DNA of 60,218 bases from Spirochaetota bacterium (GTDB lineage Bacteria > Spirochaetota > UBA4802 > JAGODF01), in NCBI GenBank assembly GCA_036846345.1, contig DAIUCD010000027.1:1-60218 (forward strand), written 5' to 3'. Under the pieces are notes generated by a model. It was not told the origin of the DNA. It did no database searches and was given only the letters and a program-made list of their open reading frames with translations. Both the position numbers and the translations under genes were made by a program. Shown here one piece after another: positions 17,662-26,140 of this stretch; position 1 is the first letter of the stretch; each line of letters starts with the position of its first letter.

Positions 17662-20232
17662 CTAACGCGACACGGATTGGAAAACATCCTCCATCTTGTT
17701 TTTAAAAAATCCGTATCGTCCCCGCATCGTCTCCCCCGAGAGTATGATCACCTTCGACCCCCTCGGAAAGACATAGGATTCCAAAACGGTTCTGTGATCA
17801 TCGCCGGCAATGCTCCAGAAGTATTCCAGATCGTCCTTTTTGCCCCATTTCTCCTTGATGATCTTCTTCCCCATCCGTTTCAGCCAGATCTCGCAGATGC
17901 CCCTGGCATCCTTTCCGTCCGGGGAATAGACGGCAACCTGTATCATGGCTTTGCCGTCGGGTGTCATGAACTGCCGAGTGATCCCCTTTTCCCGGTCCCG
18001 CTGACTGACCCGCTTCTCTCTCCACCCGGCAGGAAGGTCAAAGCGCAGCCCTTCCTCCATAATCCTCATTGTTTCGCCCGGGCTTCCCTCCTTCCTGCCG
18101 CTCCCCTTCCTCCAGATGTTCTTATGATAATGCAGCGTCAGTCGGGTAACGGCCTTTTTGTCTACCATTTCAAAATTCTTTTCATCCATTTTCCATTGAG
18201 AGACATCCACCGAAAGCCTTTTTTCGATCTTCCGATTCAACTCCCTCACCTCGTCCCTGGAGGGATAATTGCTGAGGGCCAGATGGTTTTTCCTGTAGAA
18301 CTCAACGAGATAAAAGATGCGGGACAGAGCCAAGCTGATCTTCCCTGCCGCAAACTTTCGTGTTTTGTACTCCCGCTGTATCCGCTTCCTGTCGAATCCG
18401 GGAACCAGCGAAAGAAGGCTTTTCTCCCGAAGGGTCTTCTCCATCTCCAGCGATACATCCCCTTTTTCCGCCTGTTTATTGAGACCGTTGAAAACAATCA
18501 GGTAACCCGCGAAGGCCTCCTCAGCGTAATTCATACTTTCGTGAAGCTTTTCATAATCCCTCAGACCGGAGAGCAGGATTTCCAGCTCGTACTGCGCCAG
18601 ACGATGCCCCGCTCTGTTATCTCTGACTTTTTTCAGCCGGGCTTCCTTGGCATTAGCCCGCTGCAAAGCCCGCGCCAGCCCGCTTATGCGCTGGCGGGAT
18701 TTCTTCACCGCCACCGTCATGGCGGCCCTGGTATTCTTCATCTCCCGCACCTGATCGGGCTGGAGGAAGGGATACTCGTCCCGCTCGGCATAGGGCAATT
18801 CTAGCAGAAGGCTGTAGAGCTGAGAATTCCGCAGGGTATAGAGCGCCAGTCGGTTTTTCTTCTCCTCTCTGTCCAGATCCGCAGCTTCCAGCGTATCCCT
18901 CATGATACGCTCCAGATATTCCACCGAATGGCTGGCGGATTCCGCCATGATTCTAAAATCACCCATGACCGCGTTTCCGTCCCCTTTCCGTGTGAGGGAA
19001 ACCATTCTCAGAAAAGCCATTGAACGATCCCGATAGCTTTCCGCAAGCTTGCGGCGCCCGTCCAGGAGACCCCGGGCCACCTGGATCTCCCGCTGGAAAG
19101 CGGACGGTTTCTTCATGAGTCCCTTGCCCTCGCCCTCTTTTTCGGCATTCCCCCCGGGCTTTTCATCCGTCTCCAGTCTCCGGAACATCTCCTCCGAGGG
19201 TTTCATCTGCTTCCTGATGAGATTCTGCAGACGCCGGTCTATCTCCTGGAAGTATTCCTCATTCTCTCTTCCCTGAATCCCCAGGAGTGCCTTCTTCCGT
19301 GTCTGGTCCATGGTTTTCAATAAGGGGGTGATGGGCGGTATGCGGGGTATCTCTGGAGCATCCCTTTTGTCACCCTCCCCTCCCTGGGAATCCGCCTCCT
19401 TCTGCGGGTAGGCCATACCGTATTCCTCAATTAACGCACCGAAGGTGCGGGCATCCAGGGACAGGGGGTTTTTCATAAAATGCGCCGTTTCCGCCGGACT
19501 GTATTTCATGCGGGACTCTTCCATCCAGCGCCCTATCGCGAGACATCCCTGCAACCGCATTTCCATACGGCGGCGTATCTTTTTCCAGACCGCACATCGT
19601 TCCAGCAGGGCGGAATCGCCCACCCCCTTGAGCCGATTCTTAATACGCTCCCGGCCCCTGATGGTTTTAACGCTTCCTTCCTTGTCCGTGGCCGCAGGGA
19701 CTCCGCGTTCCCCCTCCGCCAGGTTCATGGCGCGAACCATCGTCATCTCGGCTGCAAGAAGGCGAAGCCTCGGCAGGGAAACCTCCTCCTGCATCAGGTA
19801 CTTCGCTGTCTCGCCGTCCCCCCGGCCGAATCGCTCCTTCACCAGCCCTGCGGCTGCCAACTCCACTGATCGGGCAGCCGCCTCGACGGACTCACGGGAT
19901 TCCCCTTCCGCCAGGACATGCTCCAGACAGATCGAATCCATGAGGCTCTTTGGGGAGGGAGCATCCCCCTCGCTGGATTCCCCTTTTCCCGCCGGACCGC
20001 TTTCCCCCAATTTCATCAGGCGCAGGATTTCCCTGGTTCTTTCCAGATCCCGATCCAGGGCGGCCATTAAACGAGGGTCCATATCGGTACGACCCGCCAG
20101 GACTTTCCTCTCCCTGGCCAGTTCCGCTTCCCGCTGCTTCCACCACTCAAAGCGGGACTGATTGAGACCGTAGGAGGAGACCAGAAACAGGTTCATCAGG
20201 ATGATCGCGACGGCGAGCCTAAGACTTTTCAT
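17662..20232 (-). CDS. Large secreted coiled-coil-rich hypothetical protein
   Basis: The ORF is open to 20286. The likely start is at 20232 (MKSLRLAVAIILMNLFLVSSYG signal peptide). 856 aa, Arg/Glu-rich helical repeats, no recognisable enzymatic motif. Confidence 0.65.
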   Translation of the reverse strand: MKSLRLAVAIILMNLFLVSSYGLNQSRFEWWKQREAELARERKVLAGRTDMDPRLMAALDRDLERTREILRLMKLGESGPAGKGESSEGDAPSPKSLMDSICLEHVLAEGESRESVEAAARSVELAAAGLVKERFGRGDGETAKYLMQEEVSLPRLRLLAAEMTMVRAMNLAEGERGVPAATDKEGSVKTIRGRERIKNRLKGVGDSALLERCAVWKKIRRRMEMRLQGCLAIGRWMEESRMKYSPAETAHFMKNPLSLDARTFGALIEEYGMAYPQKEADSQGGEGDKRDAPEIPRIPPITPLLKTMDQTRKKALLGIQGRENEEYFQEIDRRLQNLIRKQMKPSEEMFRRLETDEKPGGNAEKEGEGKGLMKKPSAFQREIQVARGLLDGRRKLAESYRDRSMAFLRMVSLTRKGDGNAVMGDFRIMAESASHSVEYLERIMRDTLEAADLDREEKKNRLALYTLRNSQLYSLLLELPYAERDEYPFLQPDQVREMKNTRAAMTVAVKKSRQRISGLARALQRANAKEARLKKVRDNRAGHRLAQYELEILLSGLRDYEKLHESMNYAEEAFAGYLIVFNGLNKQAEKGDVSLEMEKTLREKSLLSLVPGFDRKRIQREYKTRKFAAGKISLALSRIFYLVEFYRKNHLALSNYPSRDEVRELNRKIEKRLSVDVSQWKMDEKNFEMVDKKAVTRLTLHYHKNIWRKGSGRKEGSPGETMRIMEEGLRFDLPAGWREKRVSQRDREKGITRQFMTPDGKAMIQVAVYSPDGKDARGICEIWLKRMGKKIIKEKWGKKDDLEYFWSIAGDDHRTVLESYVFPRGSKVIILSGETMRGRYGFFKNKMEDVFQSVSR

Positions 20233-20340
20233 AGATTCCTCTCCTGCATCAACGGCCCGGCGGGGTGCCGGGCTCTGAGTCTTCATTTATCTTATCGATA
20301 AGAGAGGAATTTTAGATAAGCCTTTTTAGGGCAGAAGGGG

Positions 20341-22500
20341 TCATTCCGTTTTAAAGACGATGAGGGTCGCGTCGTTTTGGAGCTTAACCCCCTTGGTATA
20401 TGCGCTGAAGTCACTGTATATTTTCCGAGTCAGCACGGCAGGGGTGTCCTCCAGGTTCAGCCGAATAATATCCTTGATCCTTCCGGGCGTGTAGCTGATG
20501 CCCTCCTCGTTTACGGCCGAGGAAACACCATCGGAATAGAGAAAGCCGACACAGCTCTTTCCCGCCTTGAAGGATTTGACTTCATAGGAAAAATTTTTCT
20601 CGATGCCGATGGGAATCCCCTTCGTGTCGAGCTCTATGAAGTTTTCCCTTTCGGGATCGTAGAAGGTGAGAGGGTTGAAGGCGGCGCTGGAATATCTCAG
20701 CTCACCCTGTGCGGGGGAATAGGTGAAATAGAGAGCCTGGGCGTATTTATCCGTAAATCGTGAGGAGGCAAGGACCCAGTTCATGGCGTTGAGCATCTTT
20801 TCCGGGGAATCGTATTTCTCGGGCTGAGTGTGGAGCACCGTGTAGAGCTGGAGGAGCAGCAGTGCGGAGTCTATACCGTGATCGGCAACATCACACATGA
20901 AAATCCCGAGTGAACGGTTCTCGAGGACGTGAGAGTCGAAATAGTCTCCTCCGTGTTCCGAGTTATTGACATAAAAGGAGCTGATGCGCATTCCGCTGAT
21001 GCTTTTCAGCTCTCCGGGGATGAGTCTTTTTTTGACCCCGGTGATGACCATCTTGTCGTGCTTAACCACCTGTGTGGCCTTGACCTCTTCCAGCATAATG
21101 GAGTTCGACAGGGAGAGTTCGAACTGAATTCGGTACACCTCCAGGACGGACAGCAGGTCGGTAGAATACTGTCGCCGGTTCTTCAGCCGGCCCAGCAGAA
21201 GAAAGCCTATCATCACCTTCTCAGGGTTGAAGAAGGGGAGCAATACACGGATCTCCGCGTTCTTCAGGATATCCAGGAGCTTATCCCTATAGCCCTGAAG
21301 CCTGTCGTCTGTAAAAAAGAGGGAGATGTCAATCACCCTGCCGTATTCCCTGAGGCAGCCAACCAGGTCGCTCTCCTCACCCGCATCCTCGATTTCCATC
21401 CTCCCGCCGTAACCGTAGCTGTACCCATAGGATCGCTCATCGGCATTGAAGAGGTAGAAAGCCGCCTGGGTGACCCCGAAACGGGGTTCCAGATTCTGTA
21501 TCGTCTTTTCGAAGAACAAATCCCAGTATTGTCCCTGGCCTTCGGAATCCCCCAGCTGAGTTATCTCCTTGAAAAACTCGTTGACGTTTCTCTCAAATTC
21601 AAGATATCCGCGCCGGAAGAACCTCTCGATGACGGGCCTGAAGAATCGATAGAAAAGGAAAAGATAGAGAAAGAGTATGATGGCCACAGCCACAGCCGGG
21701 ACGTTCTGACCGGTTCCCTGCAGGCTGCGAGCATAGACCAGGAAATAATATGAAGGCATCGTCAAAAGCGTCAGGATCACCAGCCAGTAAGTCTTGCGAA
21801 TATAGTATTGACGGAAATCCACATTCCTCTCATCCGCCACGGCGTGATTGACAAAAGCTAGAAAAATCGAGCCCGAAAGGGCAAGGGACACGTATTTATA
21901 CGCATGTACGGAAAAGAGATTCGGCAGGATTATTGCCAACGTGACGAAGAAGATGACAATGATGTTGTACCCCGTAAAGAGGAAGAAAATCTGGTTAGCA
22001 AAGCTCTCATTGCGCAGATACTTGGATTTGTAGAGGAGGATACCGTCGGCCCCGAGGTAGTAGAGACCCAGGGTGGAAAAATAGACATAGGCGAGATCCC
22101 CCCATTTGTACTGAAGATAATTCTGCACCGTGACATCACCGATGACCAGATCCGTAAAAACCGTGATCCCCAGCAGGGCCGCCCCCGGAATGCCCGTGAG
22201 AAGAACGATCCAGAGAGGCGTCCCCTTTTCCCAGCGCGGAAAGATCTGGGCGAGATGGAAGGAGAGCTGAATCACCAGAAGAAGCAATCCCCAGAAACCT
22301 CGGTTGACCAGGGTGTTCCATTCCGGCGTCGGGCCGAGGATCTTGATCATCTGCATCACATAGACCAGCGATACCGCAAGACAGAGCAGGGCGAAGAGCC
22401 GGTTGACGGCGAAACGGGCCCTCTTAAACAGATTGAAGGAGCCGTAATACAGGGAGAGGACAAGACCGGTACCGGTCAGAAGGATATCGAGATAATTCAA
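20341..22500 (-). CDS. Multi-pass membrane sensor fused to GAF-like and PP2C/SpoIIE-family phosphatase domains
   Basis: 719 aa. About 8 N-terminal hydrophobic helices, a central GAF-like region, and a C-terminal SpoIIE signature …HGGDYFDSHVL…GIFMCDVADHGIDSALLL…DGV…. Confidence 0.8.
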   Translation of the reverse strand: MNYLDILLTGTGLVLSLYYGSFNLFKRARFAVNRLFALLCLAVSLVYVMQMIKILGPTPEWNTLVNRGFWGLLLLVIQLSFHLAQIFPRWEKGTPLWIVLLTGIPGAALLGITVFTDLVIGDVTVQNYLQYKWGDLAYVYFSTLGLYYLGADGILLYKSKYLRNESFANQIFFLFTGYNIIVIFFVTLAIILPNLFSVHAYKYVSLALSGSIFLAFVNHAVADERNVDFRQYYIRKTYWLVILTLLTMPSYYFLVYARSLQGTGQNVPAVAVAIILFLYLFLFYRFFRPVIERFFRRGYLEFERNVNEFFKEITQLGDSEGQGQYWDLFFEKTIQNLEPRFGVTQAAFYLFNADERSYGYSYGYGGRMEIEDAGEESDLVGCLREYGRVIDISLFFTDDRLQGYRDKLLDILKNAEIRVLLPFFNPEKVMIGFLLLGRLKNRRQYSTDLLSVLEVYRIQFELSLSNSIMLEEVKATQVVKHDKMVITGVKKRLIPGELKSISGMRISSFYVNNSEHGGDYFDSHVLENRSLGIFMCDVADHGIDSALLLLQLYTVLHTQPEKYDSPEKMLNAMNWVLASSRFTDKYAQALYFTYSPAQGELRYSSAAFNPLTFYDPERENFIELDTKGIPIGIEKNFSYEVKSFKAGKSCVGFLYSDGVSSAVNEEGISYTPGRIKDIIRLNLEDTPAVLTRKIYSDFSAYTKGVKLQNDATLIVFKTE

Positions 22501-22603
22501 ATTCCCCTCATCAGCTTTCTTTTTGAAGGATATCAGGGTTCCCCCGGGAAGGAGAGAACGGCAGTTGACACCCCGAATATGAAAATTTTACAGTGGGCCG
22601 GAA

Positions 22604-23656
22604 TTATTTCAAGCAAATATTGGGTATATTGCCAGCCCCCCCAGGTCTTTCGAGATAATCCCCTATGACCCGGAGGACATCTCCGGCAGCCCCATCCGCA
22701 TCCCTGTTATCAATAACGGCCAAAAAGTTCCGTTTCTTGAGCGAATGCCTGTAAAGGGGATCATAGTATTTCTCCAAAAGCAGACTGATGAATTCCCTCA
22801 GATCCCCCTGAAGGAAGAGTGCTTCCATCCGAGCGGCATTGCGGGGACCCAGGCGGCCCTCCAGGGACCGGAGTATCGCTACGATCTGACCTGTCTCCCA
22901 CGGCCCGCCGTAATCCCGGAGGATTATGTCCACCCGCCTCTCCCATTCGGCCTCGATGAGGAGTGCCGGGGCGGTCTGTATCAACCGAACCAGGAATAGG
23001 GGCAGGTGGCAGTTTCCGATCTTTCGCCCCTCTCCCTCCAGTACGAGGAAGGGAGCTCCCTGAAGCTCCCCCAGCCGTTTCACAACAAAGCTCTCGAACA
23101 TCTTCTGGCCTCGGGGCTTCATCCCCAGGGCCCCGAAGACGGAACTGCGGTGTCCCGCCATACCCTCCAGGTCCACCGCATGGGGAAGCCTCTGGAGAAT
23201 CCCTGTTTTACCCGTTCCCGTAAGTCCCTCCAGGATGAACATCGGCGGCAGGGGGGGAGGCTTCTCCAGGAAAGCGTTGACCGCCCTCCGATAGGATTTA
23301 TAACCCCCCTCCAGCTGATAGAGGGAAAAGCCCAGGGACCCCAGAAGGGACACCAGGGACGCAGAGCGCATACCGCCCCGGTAACAGGTGACGACGACAT
23401 CCCTGCCGGCAAGAGAGCGAATCCTGGCGACGATATCCCCCAGCCGGGCTCCCACGATCTCGCTGCCCCGGATGACGGCCTCCTCCCGGCCCACAAGCCG
23501 GTATATCTTGCCGATCTCACTGCGCTCCTGGTCATCGAAGACCGGGAGATTCAACGAGCCGGGGATGTGATCCTCCGCATATTCGCCGGGGGAGCGCACG
23601 TCCAGGTAGAGGGGGTTCTTCAGCCTCAGGCTCTCCTCGTAGGAAACGGTCTTCAT
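22604..23656 (-). CDS. selU: tRNA 2-selenouridine synthase (rhodanese + P-loop)
   Basis: 350 aa. N-terminal rhodanese domain with active-site Cys (VVTCYRGGMRS) followed by Walker A GLTGTGKT. This architecture is characteristic of SelU/MnmH (YbbB). Confidence 0.8.
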   Translation of the reverse strand: MKTVSYEESLRLKNPLYLDVRSPGEYAEDHIPGSLNLPVFDDQERSEIGKIYRLVGREEAVIRGSEIVGARLGDIVARIRSLAGRDVVVTCYRGGMRSASLVSLLGSLGFSLYQLEGGYKSYRRAVNAFLEKPPPLPPMFILEGLTGTGKTGILQRLPHAVDLEGMAGHRSSVFGALGMKPRGQKMFESFVVKRLGELQGAPFLVLEGEGRKIGNCHLPLFLVRLIQTAPALLIEAEWERRVDIILRDYGGPWETGQIVAILRSLEGRLGPRNAARMEALFLQGDLREFISLLLEKYYDPLYRHSLKKRNFLAVIDNRDADGAAGDVLRVIGDYLERPGGAGNIPNICLK

Positions 23657-23657
23657 A

Positions 23658-26132
23658 TCACTGAATGTATCCCCAGGACTTTAACGTCTCCTTCATGCCG
23701 GTGGAGATACCCGTCTGTTCCAGCGTACCCATGTCTATCCAGTGATGCAGATCCACCCGGGAGGCCTTGACCGTAAGGCCCCCCGCTGTTCCTCTTGGGG
23801 GAGCTGAAGGCAAGGTCCAGGCATTCAGCACAAGGAAATCCCGTCTCTCCCGGAGGCGGACAGGGTTGCCGGGGGCCTTGAGATCGAGGAAACTCAGGCG
23901 TATCCGGTCGGGAGGCAGGAGTTTGCCGTTGTTGCGTATCTCGAAGCTCAGGGGAGCCCGATCGTTTTTCAACTCGAAGACCAGGTGCCGCCGTTCACGG
24001 TCCAGGGGAAACCTCATCACCCCTCCCCCCGGGGTTCGCTCAACCTTCAAACCTTCGGCCTTCTTCATGTCCGGGCTGTAGAGACCCGCCTCCGTCAGGG
24101 GGCTCCCGGCGGCGAGGCGCACCTCGATCCGCGAGGGGATGCGATCGGGGAAGAAGGTCAATACGGTCCGCTCTGGATGATGGATGTCCCGGGCCAGATA
24201 GAGTTCCCGGAACCTCTTCAGCAGATCACGCCGCTGCAGGAGCAGGTTGCTGCGCTCATGGGGATCGTCCTTGATATTGTAGATCTGCTCCCAGGGGATC
24301 TCCCGCTCCTCCCCTATGACGGCATACCGGCGGCTTACAAAGCGCTTTTCCTCATCATGAGTGAAGATGTATTTGTACCCGTCGTCGGTGATGACCGATT
24401 CCGCCTTGCGCCCGAAACTCCAAATCTCCCTGTCGAAGGACCCCTCCTTCATCTCCCCCCGGATCAGAGGGCGGAAACTCCTCCCCTCGAAGGCGCTCAC
24501 CCTGCCGATCCCGGTCAGATCCGTCAGCGTGGGAGCGGTGTTGAGCGAGGAGAGATAGGCGGGCATCCTTTTCATCCCGGTTGCCCCGATCTCCCGCTTC
24601 AGCTTTTCCGGAAGCCGCATCATGAAGGTCATACGGGTATAGTCGTTGTACTGAAATCCCCCGTCGAATTTGGAAAGATCGTACCCCGATCCGTGATCCG
24701 TGGCCACGATGACGATGGTGTTTTCCAGAACACCCGCGTTTTCCAGGGCGAGATGGAGGTTGCGGAAGACATCGTCGGTATAGCTGAGGCATCCCATAAA
24801 GTCGGGCCTCCAGAGGGCTTCCATCGGGGAGCGCAGAAGGCCCTTTAGATAATGATGCGCCGGTGCATAAAAGGGCTTATGGGGGGTGTTGTAATGCAGA
24901 TAGACGAAGAACTCCCGGTTCCGGTTTTCCCGGAGGAACTCGAAGAACCGGTGGGAAAGACCGTAGGAATCATAGGGGTTGTAGGAAAACTCGTAGGAGC
25001 GCTCAAAGCCGTAATCCACTCCCGTGGAGAGAAGATGCACGGTAAAACCGCTGTTGCCGAACTGCTGGGTGATGTAGCCCTTCCTCCGGAACACGTCAGG
25101 CAGCAAGGCGGTCCTGTCCTCCCTTATGGACTCGTAGAACATATCCAGTTCCCTGGCGGGGATGATGTTGCGGTTGATGCCATGCCGCGTCTTGAAGGGC
25201 ATCTCGGAGCAGAAGAGCCCCGAGGTGGATATCCGGGTCTTGTCCCCCAGGCTGAAGAGATTGTCGAAGACAATGAACTCCTTTTCGGCCGTCTCCTTCA
25301 TATAGGGGGTGAGGCCGGAGCGGTCGTTGTAAAAGCTCCAGAGGCGGGTGGCCACCCCGTCGAAGAGTATATACACCACGTTGTAGCGTCGGACCGGGGA
25401 GAGACAGAATACCCGCGGCTGGGCCAGGAAGACTGCACCCTCCCCCTCCTCCCGGGAGAACCTCACGGCAATACTGCGTCCCGTAAAGTCCGAAAGATCC
25501 ACGGAGAGATCATTCCATCCCGTATCGGCCCGGGCTTTTTCGAAACCCCGGTTGTTCCAGCGCAGAGCCACATCCCCGGGACCGTAAGGGGTCTTGTACC
25601 CCTCGAGCCGATACACCTTCTTAAGAGAGGACCGGCCGGGAGAACTGATCTCCAGGGTAACGGCCCCCCCGGAGGGAGCTGCAAGAGCGGCGAACTCAAG
25701 CCGGGAGGGAACCCGGAGATACGTCGAGAAGGAGACGGCGCACCCGGGAGGGAGAATGAGCGAGGAGCGCTCGTCCACCCATATGCCGGGAAACCCGGTA
25801 CCGAAACGGAAAACCCTCTCCCGCAGGGCTCCCCGGGCGAGAGAGTCCGCCTTGACGAGGAAGGAGTCTTCCATCAGTTTCCGTGCCATCTCCGAAATAC
25901 GCTTCAGGGAGAAATCTCCCTCGAAACGCGCCTCGCCCAAACGATCCAGGAGGGAATAGGCTACGATCTCCGACACATGTTCCAGCGAGCTCATCAGGGC
26001 CTCGCGCCGGGTCATCTCATAATCGTCCGGGAAAAAGAAGAGCGCCCAGGCCGCGTAAAGGTGAACCGCCGCCGAGAAGAGGATCGCTCCGGCATAGAAA
26101 AGGATTTTTTTCAATGATATCATCCTCATCAC
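23658..26132 (-). CDS. Membrane-anchored sulfatase-like (alkaline-phosphatase superfamily) hydrolase/transferase
   Basis: 824 aa. N-terminal TM anchor; core with …YILFDGVATRLW… and …IVATDHGSGYD… metal-ligand motifs. There is no C/S-x-P-x-R formylglycine motif. The stop is 2 nt before the selU start. Confidence 0.75.
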   Translation of the reverse strand: MMRMISLKKILFYAGAILFSAAVHLYAAWALFFFPDDYEMTRREALMSSLEHVSEIVAYSLLDRLGEARFEGDFSLKRISEMARKLMEDSFLVKADSLARGALRERVFRFGTGFPGIWVDERSSLILPPGCAVSFSTYLRVPSRLEFAALAAPSGGAVTLEISSPGRSSLKKVYRLEGYKTPYGPGDVALRWNNRGFEKARADTGWNDLSVDLSDFTGRSIAVRFSREEGEGAVFLAQPRVFCLSPVRRYNVVYILFDGVATRLWSFYNDRSGLTPYMKETAEKEFIVFDNLFSLGDKTRISTSGLFCSEMPFKTRHGINRNIIPARELDMFYESIREDRTALLPDVFRRKGYITQQFGNSGFTVHLLSTGVDYGFERSYEFSYNPYDSYGLSHRFFEFLRENRNREFFVYLHYNTPHKPFYAPAHHYLKGLLRSPMEALWRPDFMGCLSYTDDVFRNLHLALENAGVLENTIVIVATDHGSGYDLSKFDGGFQYNDYTRMTFMMRLPEKLKREIGATGMKRMPAYLSSLNTAPTLTDLTGIGRVSAFEGRSFRPLIRGEMKEGSFDREIWSFGRKAESVITDDGYKYIFTHDEEKRFVSRRYAVIGEEREIPWEQIYNIKDDPHERSNLLLQRRDLLKRFRELYLARDIHHPERTVLTFFPDRIPSRIEVRLAAGSPLTEAGLYSPDMKKAEGLKVERTPGGGVMRFPLDRERRHLVFELKNDRAPLSFEIRNNGKLLPPDRIRLSFLDLKAPGNPVRLRERRDFLVLNAWTLPSAPPRGTAGGLTVKASRVDLHHWIDMGTLEQTGISTGMKETLKSWGYIQ

Positions 26133-26140
26133 ACCGCCCC

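Noticed and set aside
17611-18804. 397-aa plus-strand ORF
   Set aside because: Antisense to the 856-aa secreted-protein gene, which has a signal peptide and consistent coding composition.
24852-26117. 421-aa plus-strand ORF (and 23985..24848, 287 aa)
   Set aside because: Antisense to the sulfatase-like gene with DHG-type metal-ligand motifs.
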